Shown here: in pieces, positions 58,819 to 64,000 of the stretch
How the letters are laid out: each line of letters begins with the position of its first letter
How positions within the stretch are numbered: the stretch's first letter is position 1
Assembly (NCBI GenBank): GCA_964016885.1
Contig: OZ024747.1
Span: forward strand, 86,180,001-86,244,000
DNA from: Eledone cirrhosa
Lineage: Eukaryota
Direction: 5' to 3'
Length of the DNA stretch: 64,000 nucleotides
The notes under the pieces: generated by a model
Database searches by the model: none
Told to the model about the DNA's origin: nothing
Seen by the model: the letters and a program-made list of their open reading frames with translations, nothing else
Program-made: the position numbers and the translations under genes

Positions 58819-58996
58819 ATTGTTTCTACTTTAGGCACAAGGCCAGCAATTACCCAGTGCATTACTGGTACTTTATTTTATCGACCCTGTAAGGATGAAA
58901 GGCAAAGTCAACCTCGGCGGGATTTGAACTCAGATCGTAAAGGGACGTAACTATGCTGGAAAGCATGGCGTCCGACCCTCTACCGATACTGCCAAT
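58819..58996 (-). mobile_element. SINE family A copy
   Basis: Highly similar to 21616-21796; a more diverged relative follows at about 59025-59205. Confidence 0.85.
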
Positions 58997-59932
58997 CCAC
59001 CGCTGTAATAATAATAATAATAATGGTGTCTGATTTAGGCACAAGGCCAACAAATTATTTGGGGGGGGGGGGGCAATTAAAACGACTTCTATCGACCCCA
59101 GAAGAATGAAAGGCAAAATTGACCTTGAGGATATTTGAAATCAGGTCATAAAGAGCCAAAACAAATACTGCTAAGAACTTGTCTGATGCTCTGACTCTGC
59201 CAACCAGCCTCTTGTATTATCCTCCTCCAATTCATTCCAATAATTCTTGGCATTTTTCAGAATACCACAGTATGAGTTGGTCTCCAATCTGGGTTCAAAC
59301 AAAACCAAAGGGTTCACTGAAATATTTGGAGGGTTTATAAAAAGTAAGGGTGGTTCCTACAGAATTTGTCAGTAAAGGTTGGTAATTCTTCACAACATTC
59401 CAAAGGTTCTACTTAAATATGTCATTCTTTTAAGAAATGACAATTTTTTTTAATGAAGGAATGTAAAATAAAAATCTGTGCATATATATTCTTTCTATTA
59501 CCCAAATTTAACCCTCCTGTCCATGTTTCTAATTAAATACACACTGTTTCAATTAGTTAACGAAAAACTTTGAGGGATATACTAAAATTAATTATTTTGT
59601 TACTAAGATAGTAACTTAACATATGGTTCTTATATAAAATTGTGGTTAGAAGATATTAATTTTAAAAGGATGCCTTAAAATGGCTGGTTTTGTTTCATAG
59701 AACTAGAGGCAGTTTTGGGCTAAGTGTTCTTTATAAGTCCCTCAATAATATTTGGAGTTTGCATCATGAAATATCAAGTTTAAGAGTTCTTTATAAGACC
59801 CTTGGTAATATCGGAGTTTTGTATCATGAGAAGTATTTTGGGTCCACTAAGAGTTATCATTTTACACAGGCATTTTTTAAAATGTGTTAATGAGTTGGAT
59901 GAAGCCCAGAGTTTATCCCAGTTTCATAAACG

Positions 59933-59989
59933 TTAAGCAATTAAGAATACAAGAAGGCTTGAAGCCTTCTTGTATTCTTAATTGCTTAA
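59933..59989. repeat. Perfect 57-bp palindrome
   Basis: TTAAGCAATTAAGAATACAAGAAGGCTT-G-AAGCCTTCTTGTATTCTTAATTGCTTAA. Confidence 0.92.
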
Positions 59990-60624
59990 TGCTTAGTAGG
60001 TTGATATTAAAATGCTCTAATGACTAGCATTGCCTCAGAATATAAAATAATATAACTAAAGGTCACAATTCAGCCATCCATCCCAACTTCCTAACATCTG
60101 TAAAAATCACAAATTTGTTGTAGTGACATATTGGGCCATATCAGCCATAGTACTGGTACTTATTTTATTGACCCTAAGAGGATTAAAGGCCAAATTGATC
60201 TCAATATGTCCTCTTCCAGTTTAACACCACTACCTAACCCTTTGGTGTCTTTAACAGAGTCCACTCTGTTGCAAGCATTTGGGCCAGAATATCTGGTCTG
60301 GGTGTAACTTCTTCCTTCCTTCCACCAGTCTCAGAGACCCCGAAAAATGTCATAGGTGCTTCTATTCTTCCTTTCTATCATCAGGCCCTGTTTATGAGCA
60401 GTGCTCTTTCTCCCACCAATTTTAAATATCCTGAAAAGGGGTCACAAATGCTTCCCTTCCCCCACTCATCTCAGGGGTTCTGAAAAAAGGGCCTTGGAAA
60501 TTGCCCTTCCTCTTCTGACCAACAAAATAGTAAATAAATCTAATAATGTAATTTAAACCCAGAAGAGTGAAACAAAATTTTATGAAATGTTCAGTACTCA
60601 ACCATCTCGACCATACACAACAAC

Positions 60625-61050
60625 AACAAGTATTTCTAACATAAGCACATGGTCAGCAATTCAGAGGAAGGGGAAAGAGGTTTATATCAACCTCAGTACT
60701 TAACTGTTTCTTTATTTTATTGATCCCGGAAGGAATGAAAGGCAAAGTTAACTTCAACAGGATCATAAAGAGCTGAAAGAAATACTTTAATGTATATTAA
60801 TGGTTTCTAATTTAGGCACAAGGCCAGCAAGTTTGGGGGAGGAGAAAGTTAATTATATTGGCCCCAATACTTGACTGGTATTTTATTTTATTGACCCCAG
60901 GAAAAAATACTTGTTTCTAACATAGACCTAAGTCCAGAAATTTTGTGTGGAGGGGTTAGTTGATTAAATCAATCCCACTACCTAACTATTAATAACAACA
61001 AAACAAACAATAATAAAGGTATCCAACATAGGCACAAGGCCAGCAATTTC
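60625..61050 (-). mobile_element. Cluster of diverged family-A-related SINE 3' ends
   Basis: TTTCTAA....GGCACAAGGCCAGCAA-type motif recurs four times in the same orientation. Confidence 0.65.
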
Positions 61051-62299
61051 TAAGGTATTTCAGAAAGAGAGAGGGTAGGTAAGGGGGGGGGGACTATTCA
61101 GACATGAAGTCGCCAACTGCTTGAATCAGCAAGCAGGATGTATTTAAGTATCTTCATTACCTTGAAAATTACAGAGAAAGCAAGGGGTTGGAAGAGAACT
61201 TAATAGCTGTAACTACTATATATATATATCTACTATATATAAATGTGTGTGTGTATATACATATATATATATACACACATGTATGTGTATATATATATAT
61301 GTGTATATATATATGTGTTTGGCTATGCAACATGAGAAACTCAATACATGGGAAGAGTGGTGTATAATTTATTATTGCTACAAAGCTATACTAAGTGACT
61401 GTAGGGTCAGGAGTTTTGTGTGGCCCTTGAGTCCTTACTATAACTTTACATTCACAATAAAATAACTATACATGTGTGTGTATGGAACATCTCGCTCATG
61501 AAATTAATGTGCAACTGGCATTCCACAGACATGTGAACACTCAAAGTAGTTTAGTTCTCAAAGAGATTCAGTATGACACAAAGTTGGACCTTTGAATTCT
61601 AGAAACAGTCCATCTGACAAGCTTCCAAGTGGTTTCTGTTTACACAATTTCAATCACAATGTTTGTTTCAAGCCAAATGACACATGCTCAAGAGACATAA
61701 ATACACACACATACGTAGTTATATATATATCTTCAAACCATTATGCAACTATGATATAATCCCATCTTTATGCACAAAATTAAATTGACCAGGGGTGGCT
61801 GACAAGGAAGATAAATACTTTTGTTTGTTTGTCCCATGTGTTTCATTTTGCTATCATCATCATCATTGTTTAAAGTCCATTTTTCCATGCTAGCATGGGT
61901 TAGACGAGTTGTCCCATTTTGAACCAAGCCAGAGCAAATGAGTGTCTTGTTCATACTGGACTGATTTTAGCTTGGTTTCTAGGGCTGGATGCCCTTCCTA
62001 ACGCTATCTACATTTACTGGGTTTTTTTTTTTATTGTGACACCTACATGACCACTTTACAGTGTGCACCGGGTGCTTTTGGTTGTGACACCCACTGATTG
62101 GGGGCTGGGGTGGAAGAGGCACATGGTGATTAGTGAGGGAGATCCAGGGTAGGGCACATATCAGGTGAGTGGTGGATCAAGAGTGGTGTTAGGACGTTGG
62201 AGATGTATGGTAGATGTAATGGAGAGTAGAGCATGTTGATGTATGCTTCTACATGTGCACATGGGAAGGCAGGGGTCTTCTGTATTACTGCATCAGCTT

Positions 62300-63110
62300 T
62301 GAAAGGTGTAATTATCACCACATTCCAACTCTTCCGAGGTCTTCCATCAACTTTGAGGGCCCTGCCCCTTTTTATACAGCTGTCATCTGGCATATGCATC
62401 ACATATCCATACCAATGCAATCTCCTCTCCTGCACATTGCATCTGATACCTCATACCCAGTTACTCTCTCAGTTCATTTATGCTTTGCCATTCATATATA
62501 TTACTATTGCATATTCATCAAAGTATGCCAGCTTCATTTCTTTCCAATCTTTGCAGGTCCTCTGCACACATCGCCAGGATTTCACTACCATGTAACATTG
62601 CATTGCTGAATGTATACATGCATCATTCAATCTGCCCTATATTTTAAGGGAAAACAGTAGTATCTCCCCAAACTATTTGCATCCTATTCCCAGTCTGGCT
62701 ACTGTACATTCGACACACCCACCTCTACTGCTAATTTGGTCACCCAGGTAGCAGAAGCTGTCAACTGCCTCTACAGAACCTTCCAAGAATTTGATAGCAC
62801 TTGTTTCCTGTGAGAGTTTGTTACTGCTCCTGTGCAATACCCACAAGTACCCCTACGTTCTTAGCTAACCTGCTTGAGATACCACTACATCTCTTGTGTA
62901 CCTATAGCTTGCATTTAGGACAAAGGATGGAATTTCTGCCAACCCCTTTCCTACACACAGAGCAGGGCCATTTTCCAGAAGAGATCAGAGCCTTGTTTTC
63001 ATTACTACTTTACTAGAACTTTGGTCTTTGCCAAGTTGACTTTAAGACCTTTTGATTCCAGGTTATACTTCCAGGTCAGGAATTTTTCTAGTTCTGTCAT
63101 AAATTCAGTT
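62300..63110 (-). mobile_element. RTE-clade LINE RT C-terminal remnant
   Basis: VEAVDSFCYLG and QERRLHWYGYVMHM..DSCIKR..GRPRKSW. Confidence 0.8.
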
Positions 63111-63291
63111 ATAATATATTAGAGAGGGTGTTTAAAATACCACATTACTTAAGACATTCAAATAGTAACTTAATAAGCATTTAGTATTAGTAGAAAAGAA
63201 GCAGTCTTCGAAGTTTCAGCTTGGTTGCTTCATGTGACTCCATCTTTATGTTGGTATGGGGGTAACAGTGAGGCATAAGGGGGTTGGAGAA

Positions 63292-63397
<106 letters not shown>

Positions 63398-63675
63398 CGT
63401 GCGCGTGCGTGCGTGCGTGTGTGTGTGTATATCATCATCACTGAATTACATCTATTTTCCATCGGTTAGACGTTCTGATGACTGTTTTGCTGATACAGTC
63501 CACTCTGGTACGGTTTCTATGGCTGGATGCTCTTCCTAACACCAACTTCTTCATGACTCCAACACCCCCATTTGACAGTCGACTGGGTACGTTTTTCATG
63601 ATATCAGCACTACCACTTTACAGTGTGGGCCGGGTGCATTTTATATACCCACATACATCCACAAAGACACACAAT

Positions 63676-63710
<35 letters not shown>

Positions 63711-64000
63711 AGGAAGAGATAGAGACAGAAAGACAAGTATAGAAATGAGGTGAGACATAGAAAGAGATACATTAGCCTGTGCAATGTAAACACCATATAA
63801 AGATTACTACATTACGGGCCATTAAATTATATCCTGGTTGCTTGTCATTCAATCAAGAAGTTTGTTGAGCTAATTAAAGTTAATTACAACTATAGCATCA
63901 CTCAGTGGTTGATTGTGGCAATGGCTGGATGGCTAGTAGATGTAAGTTATTATCTCACGTTGATTGTGGTAATGGCTTGCTGATATATACATACACACAT

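Overview
Repeat-dominated, AT-rich animal genomic DNA. The SINE families and very long (TA)/(CA)/(GA) microsatellites are most consistent with an octopus or other coleoid cephalopod (inference). Only one host coding exon is supported: the bZIP exon of a small Maf transcription factor on the minus strand (43831-44244). Almost all long ORFs in the supplied track are microsatellite artefacts. The rest is decayed transposons: RTE, Tx1/L1, CR1 and RNase H-containing LINEs, a Penelope-like (PLE) ORF remnant, mariner, Chapaev3, two Helitrons, MITEs and several SINE families. The main unexpected signal is a set of hand-folded type I hammerhead ribozyme (HHR) motifs. Two lie in 183-bp direct repeats bounding a 1297-nt non-coding unit (10754-12233), a retrozyme or non-autonomous PLE architecture. 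Others sit inside some of about 12 fold-back (inverted-repeat) elements, most of which abut (TA)n tracts. Together these suggest a microsatellite-targeting, PLE-driven system that mobilises ribozyme-bearing non-coding RNAs, and possibly a tRNA-derived SINE. All folds and family assignments were made by eye; no searches were run and no ribozyme activity is shown.
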